Virus record (IMG/VR): IMGVR_UViG_2529292836_000016
Direction: 5' to 3' (one strand)
From: a virus
Taxonomy: Duplodnaviria; Heunggongvirae; Uroviricota; Caudoviricetes
Length of the DNA stretch: 50,087 nt
In this document: positions 18,918 through 27,856 of the stretch, piece by piece
How positions within the stretch are numbered: position 1 is the stretch's first letter
Layout of the letters: every line of letters starts with the position of its first letter
Notes under the pieces: generated by a model
Database searches by the model: none
What the model was told of the DNA's origin: nothing
The model's input: the letters and a program-made list of their open reading frames with translations, nothing else
Translations under genes and position numbers: made by a program

Positions 18918-19748
18918 TTACTTCACGGGAACGAACGGAACAGCGGTGTTACTGGTCATGTATTGCGGCAGCGTGCCGTTCCATTTGTTGATTGCTTCCA
19001 GCTCCATAACGCCGGGATTCTGGCGCAGAGCTTCGCCGCGTAAACGAATGGCGTCGGCTTCAGCCTGGGCTTTTGTGCGAATGGCATCGGCCTGTCCGGC
19101 AGCTTCTGCGCGCAACATGTTGGCTTCTGCTTCGCGCTGCTTGACTTCCTGTTCGCGTTGCAGGGTTTTCTGGTTTGCCGTGACTTTGGCGTTAATGCTG
19201 TCGATAACGGTTGGCGGATATTCCGGTTTACCGACATAAGAGAGGCTCATGACCTGAATACCGATGGGGGTCATCTCTTCCTGAATATCTTTAAGTGCTG
19301 AATCCAGCAGTTCAGACTTACCACCGTCGATAAACTTATCGGTGGTCATTTTGCTGGCCAGTCGGTTGAGTGCATCGGCGATCTTCTGGCGCAGGTCAGT
19401 GTCGGTAATGTCGTCCACGCCTTTGCGGTAGGTCTGAAACACCGTGGTAACTTTGGATGGATCAACTTTGTAGGCCACGCCGATGTGATAGCCGATGGTT
19501 GTGCCGTCACTCATCTGGAAGTTGAACGGCTCATCGTAACTCTTCATTTGTTTGAAGGTCGGGAAGATGTAACCCTCTGTATTCCAGCCTGTCCAGTAGC
19601 GGCCAACGCCAACCACTTCACCGACGCCTTTGTCGTCGCCCAGTTTGTTGACTTTGATGCCCACATTACCTGGCTCAACGCGATCGCAACCAACCAGCAG
19701 GATGGCGGCAAAAAGCGGGAGAATCTGAAAGAGTCTGAATTTCTTCAT
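18918..19748 (-). CDS. SPFH/band-7 (HflC-like) domain lipoprotein
   Basis: 276 aa; signal peptide with lipobox 'LLVGC'; C-terminal Ala/Glu/Gln-rich coiled coil typical of SPFH proteins. Confidence 0.65.
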   Translation of the reverse strand: MKKFRLFQILPLFAAILLVGCDRVEPGNVGIKVNKLGDDKGVGEVVGVGRYWTGWNTEGYIFPTFKQMKSYDEPFNFQMSDGTTIGYHIGVAYKVDPSKVTTVFQTYRKGVDDITDTDLRQKIADALNRLASKMTTDKFIDGGKSELLDSALKDIQEEMTPIGIQVMSLSYVGKPEYPPTVIDSINAKVTANQKTLQREQEVKQREAEANMLRAEAAGQADAIRTKAQAEADAIRLRGEALRQNPGVMELEAINKWNGTLPQYMTSNTAVPFVPVK

Positions 19749-19948
19749 TGTTTGATTTCCTTGATGTACTTACTGAAAAGGCGAACAACGCCTGCCGGGT
19801 ACAGCATGGCAATGAAAATTCCCAGCAATACCAGGAAGGAGCTGTCTGATGAAATCATTCGGGGGAGTAGTCCTGCATACAGAATGAGAGAGACGAGGAC
19901 GCATACCAGCGCCCACATGTATGCGCGAAACCAGGTCTTTTTGTTCAT
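19745..19948 (-). CDS. Small membrane protein (two predicted TM helices), partner of the SPFH gene
   Basis: 67 aa, hydrophobic (WALVCVLVSLILYAGLL..., VLLGIFIAMLYPAGVV); 4-nt overlap with SPFH gene. Confidence 0.55.
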   Translation of the reverse strand: MNKKTWFRAYMWALVCVLVSLILYAGLLPRMISSDSSFLVLLGIFIAMLYPAGVVRLFSKYIKEIKQ

Positions 19949-19959
19949 ATCGCGGTCCT

Positions 19960-20259
19960 TTACTGGTTAAGGAAAAAATCGAAAACGTTGTCGATGCGTT
20001 GCAGCGGCTCCTGCTGCATTGCTTCCGGCGTTTCTGATTCACCTGGTGACTCCAGCGTCGCGCAAAAATCCTTGATTTCATGATGGAGCGTCAGACGAAT
20101 GGCAGGAGCCATGGTTCTGGCGTGCTCCAGCTCATCCAGCAGTGCCAGCACGGCAGATGGCGAGAGCATTGCGCGAAACGCCAGTAATTTTTGATGCGTT
20201 GCCATTCGTTGCAGGTCAGTCGCCAGCTCGCGTAATTCCTGGTGGTTGATGGCGCTCAT
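19960..20259 (-). CDS. Hypothetical early-operon protein
   Basis: 99-aa ORF in a tightly packed co-oriented gene string. Confidence 0.5.
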   Translation of the reverse strand: MSAINHQELRELATDLQRMATHQKLLAFRAMLSPSAVLALLDELEHARTMAPAIRLTLHHEIKDFCATLESPGESETPEAMQQEPLQRIDNVFDFFLNQ

Positions 20260-20522
20260 GCTCTGGCTTCCTTCAGTAGCAGGTTAAACATGTGAGTAAG
20301 TGGATTGCTACACCCGAACGGCATCGGGTTTACGTGGTAAGAAGCCTGGCCTCCTGCTTTGCGAGCGCGACCACCTGTGCTGCGGTTTGTTCTGATGACT
20401 AAGCCGCCGCGCCAGAGTCGGCGTAACTCAGCATTGATGGCTGTGGTTGGGGTATTCAGTGCTGCGGCGATTTCTCCGCCGCTACAACCCGGATGGGTAG
20501 CGATGTAGTCCAGAATGGTCAT
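20256..20522 (-). CDS. Putative winged-helix DNA-binding protein
   Basis: 88 aa, 'ILDYIATHPGCSGGEIAAALNTPTTAINAELRRLWRGGLV' HTH-like. Confidence 0.5.
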   Translation of the reverse strand: MTILDYIATHPGCSGGEIAAALNTPTTAINAELRRLWRGGLVIRTNRSTGGRARKAGGQASYHVNPMPFGCSNPLTHMFNLLLKEARA

Positions 20523-20722
20523 CTGCGTGACTCCTGTACCTGTCGGATAAGGTTTACCCGCACCACATTCGTGGCGCAGAAGTAAGTGCCGTCAGTGAGA
20601 TAGATGTGATGTGCATCCTTTTCCGAACGATGTTTGTCGATAGTGGTAATCAGTCGTTCGTCGACCTCGTATTCGCGGTCTCTGGAGGTGAAGCGAACGA
20701 CAGGAAAATGCTTAATTGCCAT
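20519..20722 (-). CDS. Hypothetical early-operon protein
   Basis: 67-aa ORF with overlapping stop/start with neighbours. Confidence 0.45.
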   Translation of the reverse strand: MAIKHFPVVRFTSRDREYEVDERLITTIDKHRSEKDAHHIYLTDGTYFCATNVVRVNLIRQVQESRR

Positions 20723-21039
20723 TACCCCCTCTTGGCTTTATGTCTGTATTTGAGCTTTTCTATTTCTTCTTTTTGTTCTTTTAATGTTCTTATGGCTGTG
20801 AAAACATTAAAGCCCATAAAATGTGCTCTGTTCGCTAATGTAATACTGGCACCTTTGTTAGCTATATCATCTTCAATATCAGTGAAATACTGACTGATTT
20901 CTTTTAGTGCGGCGCAAAGCTTTGCGAGATCTCGCCCCCTGTCAAAATATGCATCCTTCAGTATTTTTTGATTTGTCCTGAGCATGCTAACCTCGTGTTT
21001 ATATATATGGATACCTCCGCGAGTGCGGATTGTTTTCAT
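20722..21039 (-). CDS. Hypothetical early-operon protein
   Basis: 105-aa ORF, lower GC than neighbours. Confidence 0.45.
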   Translation of the reverse strand: MKTIRTRGGIHIYKHEVSMLRTNQKILKDAYFDRGRDLAKLCAALKEISQYFTDIEDDIANKGASITLANRAHFMGFNVFTAIRTLKEQKEEIEKLKYRHKAKRG

Positions 21040-21184
21040 GTTTTCTTATTTAATCGTGTGTTTTATTTGTGCTGTTATTCTTCAGTGAAAAAACGCTCAA
21101 TCTTTTTTATTGAATGAATAATTCGCATAATCCCAATAGCGCAGGCCACCGAAATAATCAGAACAAGCCATGAGATAAATATAC

Positions 21185-21430
21185 TCATGCGATATTCCCC
21201 AGCTTATACGGTTCAATATGTTCCCCGCATTCTGCGGCACAGATCAGCTCGGAAAGTTCGTTAAGTGCATCCAGATCATCAGCGTAAAAAGCTACGTCAT
21301 ACAGACTTCGGATTGCTCTGGTCAATGAGTCACGGGCCGCACGTTCAGCATGAGCGCCTGATGCACTTAAGCGAAAATAAAAACGCTCAAGTGCTTTGTT
21401 AATGAGAGTTTTATATTCTTTGCCCATCAC
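21185..21430 (-). CDS. Hypothetical early-operon protein
   Basis: 81-aa ORF. Confidence 0.45.
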   Translation of the reverse strand: MMGKEYKTLINKALERFYFRLSASGAHAERAARDSLTRAIRSLYDVAFYADDLDALNELSELICAAECGEHIEPYKLGNIA

Positions 21431-21438
21431 AACGCCCT

Positions 21439-21726
21439 TTAATCTGCTTTCTGTATTTCAGCTTCTGAATCCATACAAATAATTTCGATATAGGGTTCAT
21501 CGCCATTAACCTGGCGTGCCTTTTCAGCTTCGCTAATGATTTCTCGTACGGTCTGGTACGGAAGTTCCACAAGCAGTCGCGTGCCGTTCAGATAAACGTA
21601 AGTGGCTTCGTCGGCTCCGTTTTTCCCCGCCGGAGTCACTCCGTCAATAGCGGATGCACGTAATAACAGTTCACCGCGAAAATCAATAAAACGGATAAAT
21701 ACACCTTGTGCATGGTCTTTGGTCAT
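21439..21726 (-). CDS. Hypothetical early-operon protein
   Basis: Track ORF 21439..21840 trimmed to 'MTKDHAQGVFIRF...' to avoid overlap with upstream gene. Confidence 0.45.
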   Translation of the reverse strand: MTKDHAQGVFIRFIDFRGELLLRASAIDGVTPAGKNGADEATYVYLNGTRLLVELPYQTVREIISEAEKARQVNGDEPYIEIICMDSEAEIQKAD

Positions 21727-21736
21727 AAAGCACCTG

Positions 21737-22087
21737 TTATAAATCAGCCTGTTTAATAAAACTTTGCCCGCGAAGCAGACGATCAACCGTGCGAAGTGCT
21801 TCGTATAATGTGAAATCCTGCCCGAACTGATTGTCGCCACTGCTTAGAGCAAAAATGCGGTTTCCGGTAAACGGATTGCGTGGGCATTTGTGGACCACGA
21901 TTCCAGCTTTCTCAATCAGCCAGGCATGCTCGCCGATTTGTTTTACAGCGTGGCCATCCGGTGTTGCGTGCGTCTCGTTCAGGTTATAGCGACTGTTACT
22001 ACGTGATGCACTGGTAGCGACGTGGTGTACATGGCGTTCTACGCCATTACGAAATTTGGAGTATGGATTATTAGCGTTTTTTTTCAT
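21737..22087 (-). CDS. Hypothetical early-operon protein
   Basis: 116-aa ORF. Confidence 0.45.
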   Translation of the reverse strand: MKKNANNPYSKFRNGVERHVHHVATSASRSNSRYNLNETHATPDGHAVKQIGEHAWLIEKAGIVVHKCPRNPFTGNRIFALSSGDNQFGQDFTLYEALRTVDRLLRGQSFIKQADL

Positions 22088-22108
22088 GATGGTGCTCTGT
22101 TCATTGTT

Positions 22109-22312
22109 TTAGCTGTTAGTCAAAGCGTCTTTTAACATCGCCACAAGGTTTACTTCAGGCTTTTCCATTTTGGCGCGTTTGGGGCGGATAATAATTCGAC
22201 CGTCAGCCAACATCTTTTTGCATGTATTAAGAGGGATACCTGTTATCTCTGCATATTTCTGCAGGGATACATAGGGGGCATTCACATTGATATTGATGGT
22301 TATACCTGACAT
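22109..22312 (-). CDS. Cox/Apl-like small HTH protein (excisionase/regulator type)
   Basis: 67 aa; 'YVSLQKYAEITGIPLNTCKKMLADGRI' HTH; second gene of the early operon, divergent from the repressor. Confidence 0.5.
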   Translation of the reverse strand: MSGITININVNAPYVSLQKYAEITGIPLNTCKKMLADGRIIIRPKRAKMEKPEVNLVAMLKDALTNS

Positions 22313-22328
22313 CCCACTAGCCTCTTGA

Positions 22329-22535
22329 TCAGGAAGATTTGTTTTGTTCTTTCTGGGTTAGTTCTAGGCCGCGAAGGAAGATCATGCGCGCCATGTTAGA
22401 GGATGAGCGTTGTTCTTTAGCTGCCATTTCATCAATGACGGCTCGCTCCTCGAGGGACAGCCGAAGTGCCAGTCTTGGACCTGTGGCGGTGTTACGCGGA
22501 ATGCGTGATCTGGTATCGTGAAGAACTTGTTTCAT
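22329..22535 (-). CDS. First early-operon gene; putative small regulator
   Basis: 68 aa; first ORF of the early operon, 75 bp from the divergent repressor gene. Confidence 0.45.
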   Translation of the reverse strand: MKQVLHDTRSRIPRNTATGPRLALRLSLEERAVIDEMAAKEQRSSSNMARMIFLRGLELTQKEQNKSS

Positions 22536-22610
22536 AGTGGTATATTGTGATCATCTAATAGCTCGTGAAATCATTTTGGTATCAAAAAAGATACCTGTCA
22601 AGGTTTTTGT
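22536..22610. promoter_or_regulatory. Lysis-lysogeny switch region (divergent early and repressor promoters)
   Basis: 75-bp intergenic spacer between divergent repressor and early operon; contains GGTATC-AAAAAA-GATACC dyad. Confidence 0.45.
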
Positions 22611-23015
22611 ATGAAAAATGATATTGGTCAGCGGTTGCGTGAGGAAAGGGAAAGATTGGGACTTAGTCAAGTTGCCATGAGCGACATTGGTGGAGTCAAA
22701 AAGCTAACTCAGCTTAGATATGAGAAAGGAGATAGCTTTCCTGATGCTGCGTATTTGGCAGCGCTGTCTCGTTTTGGCCTTGATGTTCAGTATGTTGTGT
22801 TGGGAATTCACTCACCTGAAACTTATAACGATGATGAGCAGGAGTTGATTACTCGCTTTCGAGCAGCTTCGTTAGATGTGAAAAACGCGGTGATTGGGGC
22901 TTTAAAAGGTGCGATCAGTGAAAAGGAAACTCAGCCATCAGGACGTGAGTTAAATATTTCTGGTGGTAATAACCGTATCGCTGGTCGTGACTATAACGAA
23001 ACTAAGGGCAGGTGA
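22611..23015 (+). CDS. Immunity repressor, XRE-family HTH (C/CI-like)
   Basis: 134 aa; 'IGQRLREERERLGLSQVAMSDIGGVKKLTQLRYEKG' HTH_XRE; divergent from early operon; upstream of int. Confidence 0.8.
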   Translation: MKNDIGQRLREERERLGLSQVAMSDIGGVKKLTQLRYEKGDSFPDAAYLAALSRFGLDVQYVVLGIHSPETYNDDEQELITRFRAASLDVKNAVIGALKGAISEKETQPSGRELNISGGNNRIAGRDYNETKGR

Positions 23016-23030
23016 TAGTAGGGAGGTGAC

Positions 23031-23681
23031 ATGGCCGTCAACTCAAACGGTTCAAACAATCGCGTTGCTGGGCGTGATTTTCACGAAAAGAATATTCAGA
23101 TAGAGCGATATGATGGTTCTCATACCGTCAATATCGCAATCCCTTCGAATAATGATGATGACGATCGCCCTTTGCTTAAGGCTCAGCGTAAGGAGCTAAA
23201 TAGCTTGGTTGCTGCTATTGCAGAAGCTAGCAATACTGAAGCGTTTATTATTTGGCAAAAAGTACATGCGGAGATTGGTGTAGCTGGTATTGATGATATG
23301 ACAGTAAATCAATATAAAACAGCGGAGAGTTTTCTGCATGCAATGCTTGAGCGATGTAAAGATCATGATGCCTGTAAGGCTCTTGTAAGTTTATTACTAC
23401 GTAACAGTGAAGACTGTGGACTTCGACAAAAACTTCTGCGGTATTGCCATATCAATTTCGGTACAGGACGTTTAAACGATCTTACTCGTTCTCAGTTACA
23501 GTCTGCATTGTCGTGGTTAGAGCAACAATCGGCATCAAGCCACACAGAGAGTTCGACCTTACCAGAAGTCCGACTTCGTGCTTCAGAATTAATCCGACTT
23601 TATCCAAAAGAAATAATATTCTTTATCTGCGTAGGGGGTTTGGTAGGCGGTGTCATTTCTAGAGCGTTTTTTAATTTGTAA
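23031..23681 (+). CDS. Hypothetical tail-anchored membrane protein (moron between repressor and integrase)
   Basis: 216 aa; C-terminal TM 'IIFFICVGGLVGGVISRAFF'; N-terminus repeats the repressor C-terminal motif NNR[IV]AGRD[YF]. Confidence 0.55.
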   Translation: MAVNSNGSNNRVAGRDFHEKNIQIERYDGSHTVNIAIPSNNDDDDRPLLKAQRKELNSLVAAIAEASNTEAFIIWQKVHAEIGVAGIDDMTVNQYKTAESFLHAMLERCKDHDACKALVSLLLRNSEDCGLRQKLLRYCHINFGTGRLNDLTRSQLQSALSWLEQQSASSHTESSTLPEVRLRASELIRLYPKEIIFFICVGGLVGGVISRAFFNL

Positions 23682-23710
23682 TCTTACTTGAGCTAAATTG
23701 AGGTAATGAT

Positions 23711-24058
23711 ATGAAAGTTAAAAAGGTTCAACTATTAGTTACTTTTTTATCTATGTTTTCTTTTTCCGCCGTCGCAATGCCTTTTAAAACCATTGAACGT
23801 GAGAGTTTCAATGGGGTGTGGCCATTTAATACTGATGAGGTTCAATTACAGTGTCTTGATGGTAATCCTTATGTAATGAATTTTGACGATAATAAGTTAT
23901 ATGCACTTACAGGTTTGGCTCGAATAAAAGGTAAAACATTTGGTGCGTTACCGTTAGATAACAATAATCCATTTTGGCTAGATAATGATGCCACCCCAGG
24001 GTTAAAAAAGAGTCTGGGGGATGTCACTAAGGCTGCATTTGATTTATGTGATAAGTAA
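23711..24058 (+). CDS. Hypothetical secreted protein (moron)
   Basis: 115 aa with cleavable-looking signal peptide 'MKVKKVQLLVTFLSMFSFSAVA'. Confidence 0.55.
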   Translation: MKVKKVQLLVTFLSMFSFSAVAMPFKTIERESFNGVWPFNTDEVQLQCLDGNPYVMNFDDNKLYALTGLARIKGKTFGALPLDNNNPFWLDNDATPGLKKSLGDVTKAAFDLCDK

Positions 24059-24063
24059 CTAAA

Positions 24064-25065
24064 ATGTCGGTTCGTAAGATTCCATCAGGTAAATGGCTTT
24101 GCGAATGTTATCCCTACGGGGCATCGGGAAAACGCATTCGTAAACAGTTTGCGACAAAAAGTGAGGCGCTCTCTTATGAGCGCCGTTTAATGAATAGTAG
24201 AGTTGGAGACGAGTTTCAAGATGGTTCTGGTCCTCGTCTTTCTGAGTTGATTGCTCGTTGGTTTGAGATGTACGGTAAAACCTTGTCCTCTGGTGCAGAG
24301 CGCAAAGTCAAACTTGAGGCGATTTGTTCCAGGCTGGGAGATCCATTTGCTTCGCAGTTTGACAAAAATATGTTTGCTACTTATCGGGAAAGAAGGCTAT
24401 CAGGAGAATGGAATCCCAAGGGGAAGAAAAAACTTAGTGAAGCAACCGTTAATCGCGAGCAGTCATATCTACATGCTGTTTTTGCCGAACTGAAGCGCCT
24501 TGGGGAGTGGTCTGGTGAAAACCCCCTGACTGGTATTCGCAAGTTTCGTGAGGAAGAAAAGGAACTGGCGTTTCTGTATGTAGATGAGATTGAACGCCTT
24601 CTGATTGCGTGTGATGAGTCACGGAATAAAGATTTGGGGGTTGTTGTCCGTATTGGGCTTGCGACTGGTGCTCGGTGGAGTGAAGCAGAAGGATTAAAGC
24701 AATCTCAAGTACTGCCCGGTCGAATCACATTTGTTAAAACTAAAGGAAAGAAGAACCGCACTGTACCGATTTCACCTCAATTGCAGGCTATGCTTCCTAA
24801 AAAACGAGGAGCGCTATTTTCACCATGTTATGAGGCTTTTGACGCTGCAATTAAGAGAGCGAAGATCGAGCTTCCTGATGGGCAATTAACTCATGTGCTA
24901 CGTCACACGTTTGCCAGTCATTTTATGATGCGGGGCGGAAATATTCTTGTGTTGCAAAAAATACTGGGGCATAGCGATATAAAAATGACTATGCGTTATG
25001 CGCATTTTGCTCCAGGTCATTTAGAGGCTGCTGTTGAATTGAACCCTTTTGACAATAGAGGGTAA
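24064..25065 (+). CDS. int: Prophage integrase, tyrosine recombinase
   Basis: 333 aa; 'HVLRHTFASHFMMRGGNILVLQKILGHSDIKMTMRYAHF' carries the catalytic R/H/Y box; adjacent to att. Confidence 0.9.
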   Translation: MSVRKIPSGKWLCECYPYGASGKRIRKQFATKSEALSYERRLMNSRVGDEFQDGSGPRLSELIARWFEMYGKTLSSGAERKVKLEAICSRLGDPFASQFDKNMFATYRERRLSGEWNPKGKKKLSEATVNREQSYLHAVFAELKRLGEWSGENPLTGIRKFREEEKELAFLYVDEIERLLIACDESRNKDLGVVVRIGLATGARWSEAEGLKQSQVLPGRITFVKTKGKKNRTVPISPQLQAMLPKKRGALFSPCYEAFDAAIKRAKIELPDGQLTHVLRHTFASHFMMRGGNILVLQKILGHSDIKMTMRYAHFAPGHLEAAVELNPFDNRG

Positions 25066-25171
25066 AAAGTGGCGATAAAAAGTGACAATAGATTCAAATG
25101 GCGTTGTATAGAGCCATTTTCAAAGTTAATAAAATCATAAGGTTATGATTTATAAATGGTGGTTGATAGTT

Positions 25172-25226
25172 TTTAAAATCCCTCGGCGTTCGCGCTGTGT
25201 GGGTTCAAGTCCCACTCCGGGTACCA
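25172..25226 (+). other. Partial tRNA-Leu (UAA-type, leuZ-like) 3' segment, anticodon loop to CCA; prophage att core
   Basis: 'ttaaaatccctcggcgttcgcgctgtgTgggttcaagtcccActccgggtacca' gives T-arm GTGGG/TTCAAGT/CCCAC, acceptor TCCGGGT, discriminator A, CCA. No 5' acceptor strand (ACCCGGA) upstream, so not a complete tRNA. Confidence 0.7.
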
Positions 25227-25268
25227 TGGGAAACATCAGAATAATCAAAGCAATAAGCAGTGTCGTGA

Positions 25269-25291
25269 AACCACCTTCGGGTGGTTTTTTT
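25269..25291 (+). terminator. Intrinsic terminator downstream of the tRNA-derived segment
   Basis: ccacc-ttcg-ggtgg hairpin (UUCG loop) followed by TTTTTTT. Confidence 0.75.
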
Positions 25292-25467
25292 GTGCATGCA
25301 ATTCACGCCCTGTGCATATCCTGTGCTCACGGGGTGCAATGAGCTGCAATCTACAGCCTGGCAATGCCGAATTGAACGTGTCGCCTCCAGCATAGAGAAC
25401 CAGGCCGCTTTGCCTGTTTTCCGGTACTCTTCCGGGAAGGGGGGCCTGCTGAGCAAACTGTAATGCT

Positions 25468-26208
25468 CTAGCCACCCTGAGTACAAAGTTGCTTAATTCG
25501 TGCAATCACCTCATCTCTGTACTTCTGGTGTCCGCGCATAGCCCTTGGATGGGCAATTCTGAAACAGATTGCATTACCTGTTTTGAACTCCCATAGCTTC
25601 CCCGGAATGACTGCAGAAGTCTCATAGCCGCCCAGCTCAGTAAGCACCTGTTTTATGATGTAGTCTGTTCTCCGGGCTCCAGATGCAAAGATGATGAAAT
25701 CAGGCTCAAGGTGTTTAATTTGTACCGACAGCAGCTTCAGCGAGGCTAATATAACTTCCTGCACTTCATTTTGAGGGCGATTGAGAGGGGTCAGTCCGTC
25801 GTAATCCCACGCCAGTAGATTGGCATACACGATTGCCTGGGGAGAAATATTAAGCTCCCGGGCCAGCCTGAAATGATATTGCGTGAAGCGGCTACGTGAT
25901 TTGAGGTTGGCGGTGCCATAATTTTGTACCGGAAGATGTTTCCTGTAACGATCTACAGCTTCTTCAACCACCTGCCCGATGGTGACGTCAGGTATAAGTC
26001 CCAACCCCCGTGATATCGTATTCTTACCATTCAGCGTATTCCAGCCTGCGGTTTCACGTCCAACCAGCATGATTTTTACCGGTGAATGCCAGTATTCTTC
26101 AAAGGGCACGGGTAAAAATACGCCTGAGTATTTATCCTCATTCAGGTTAAATGACTGGGCGTTAACTTCCTGCAATATCCGTTTGTACGCGTCTAATAGC
26201 TTTTCCAT
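25468..26208 (-). CDS. Hypothetical protein; possibly uracil-DNA-glycosylase superfamily
   Basis: 246 aa; weak N-terminal 'GRETAG' and C-terminal 'HPR' motifs at positions compatible with UDG motifs A/B; pipolins commonly carry a UDG. Low-confidence guess. Confidence 0.3.
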   Translation of the reverse strand: MEKLLDAYKRILQEVNAQSFNLNEDKYSGVFLPVPFEEYWHSPVKIMLVGRETAGWNTLNGKNTISRGLGLIPDVTIGQVVEEAVDRYRKHLPVQNYGTANLKSRSRFTQYHFRLARELNISPQAIVYANLLAWDYDGLTPLNRPQNEVQEVILASLKLLSVQIKHLEPDFIIFASGARRTDYIIKQVLTELGGYETSAVIPGKLWEFKTGNAICFRIAHPRAMRGHQKYRDEVIARIKQLCTQGG

Positions 26209-26288
26209 TCTTCAATCCTGCCCCGTAATAAAAACACCTTCAGATATATATTATTTTCATGATATCAATCAGATACATGAGGATAAAT

Positions 26289-27488
26289 ATGCAAAAATCC
26301 TTCCGATTCACCAATTCATCCATCAAAGCCCTTCCGGCAAACACAGATACCAGATCTACAGAGCTAGAGGTATCTGATACCGAAGTTATTGGACTCAAGT
26401 GCCTCTCAGGTCGAACAGGCAACAAGCGCTTCCTTCTGCGGTATACATTCCACGGTACCAAAAAAAGTATCAGTATTGGCAGATTTCCTGAAATTGATGT
26501 GGGAACAGCCCGGCAAATAGCCCGTCGTCACAAAGAAGCGATTGCGCTGGGAAATGACCCTAAAGCGGAGCGAGATAACTACCGCGCGATGCCAACACTT
26601 GGTGAGTTTTTCCATCAAACCTATGTTCCTTATATAAAGCGCCATAAAAAGTCATGGGATAAGGATGTTCAGCGTTTCACGCAATACATTGAACCTCGTC
26701 TGGGAAAGATACGTTACTGCGATCTCAGGGCCAGAGAGATACAACAGGTGCTGTTTGACATGCTGGAGGGGCGTATTCACGGGCAGCAATATGCGCCGTC
26801 TACCTGTAACAGAGCCCTTGCTATTCTGAAAACGATGGGGCGTTATGCGTTGCGACAGGATGTGCTGGAAAAGAATGAAGCCGATAAGATCCCTTTACTG
26901 AAAGAGAATAATCAGCGGACGCGCTTTTTTGATGCTGATGAGATCAGGCGCATTCTTGACGCTGCTACCCAATATCCCAACAAAGCTGCCGGGGGATTGA
27001 TAGCCATGTTGTTGTTAACCGGTACACGCAAATCAGAAATGCTTAATGTCAGGCATGAACATATCGACCGGGCCAATCGTACTCTGTTCATTCCTTATAC
27101 AAAAAATGGTCGCAGTCGGACGGTATATCTAAGCGATGCCGCATTATCGATTATTGATGCTATCCCACGAGTTGGCAGTAATCCGTATCTGTTCGCCATT
27201 AAGGATAATGGAAAACCGATATCGGAACCCCGATGGGCATATGAAAAAATACTGGCACAGTGCGGTATAGACAAGAATGAAGTCTGTTTTCACACCACAC
27301 GTCATTCTGTTGCCTCTTTACTGGTTTCGAGTGGTCAATTCAGCCTGTATGACGTTAAAGCCCAACTGGCGCATGCCAGTATTCAGAGTACAGAACGTTA
27401 CGCGAAATTAACACCGGAACGTATGCGTCAGACAGGGCAGGGAGTGACTGACCTGCTTCTGAATACTGCGGCTACGAAGCAGATGTGA
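26289..27488 (+). CDS. int: P4-type integrase (tyrosine recombinase with DUF4102-type arm-binding N-terminus)
   Basis: Trimmed to ATG with GAGGA RBS; N-terminal 'FTNSSIKALPAN...FLLRYTFHGTKKSISIGRFPEIDVGTARQIARRHKEAIALGNDP', C-terminal 'CFHTTRHSVASLL...ERYAKL'. Confidence 0.85.
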   Translation: MQKSFRFTNSSIKALPANTDTRSTELEVSDTEVIGLKCLSGRTGNKRFLLRYTFHGTKKSISIGRFPEIDVGTARQIARRHKEAIALGNDPKAERDNYRAMPTLGEFFHQTYVPYIKRHKKSWDKDVQRFTQYIEPRLGKIRYCDLRAREIQQVLFDMLEGRIHGQQYAPSTCNRALAILKTMGRYALRQDVLEKNEADKIPLLKENNQRTRFFDADEIRRILDAATQYPNKAAGGLIAMLLLTGTRKSEMLNVRHEHIDRANRTLFIPYTKNGRSRTVYLSDAALSIIDAIPRVGSNPYLFAIKDNGKPISEPRWAYEKILAQCGIDKNEVCFHTTRHSVASLLVSSGQFSLYDVKAQLAHASIQSTERYAKLTPERMRQTGQGVTDLLLNTAATKQM

Positions 27489-27518
27489 CTACTTTTTAGC
27501 AAACTATAAATATGGAGA

Positions 27519-27761
27519 ATGAGGATGCATTTAAAATGCCCACAGTGTGGCAGTTGTAATACATTGATAAGTTCAGCAGGAAAACTGCCATCAATAACCG
27601 ATAATAAACGCTCTGGGTATATTAGCCTGGAGTTTTTACCTGAAATACTGAAAGAAATTATTAAGGCTATTAAAAAACTATTTGGATTCCTTGAACAGTG
27701 TGAAAGGAATAATGCGCCAGTGCTTATCTGTATGGACTGTGGGTATTATGAAAGAATTTAA
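27519..27761 (+). CDS. Small zinc-ribbon protein (two CxxC pairs)
   Basis: 80 aa; 'CPQCGS' and 'CMDCGY'; immediately downstream of integrase, followed by a strong terminator. Confidence 0.5.
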   Translation: MRMHLKCPQCGSCNTLISSAGKLPSITDNKRSGYISLEFLPEILKEIIKAIKKLFGFLEQCERNNAPVLICMDCGYYERI

Positions 27762-27804
27762 ATAGAAAACCAATAACTGTAAATAATAGTTATGCGGATG
27801 TATA

Positions 27805-27838
27805 AAAACCCCGATACGTTAATCGTATCGGGGTTTTT
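27805..27838. terminator. Bidirectional intrinsic terminator
   Basis: 10-bp perfect stem ccccgatacg/cgtatcgggg with A-run before and T-run after. Confidence 0.75.
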
Positions 27839-27856
27839 GTTTATGAGGATTATTCA

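Noticed and set aside
18244-18918. 224-aa minus-strand ORF spanning the hairpin-rich region
   Set aside because: Low-complexity translation overlapping better-supported small gene and terminator-like hairpins; more likely noncoding.
25140-25226. Complete tRNA-Leu gene
   Set aside because: Only the 3' portion matches; the 5' acceptor strand and D-arm are absent upstream.
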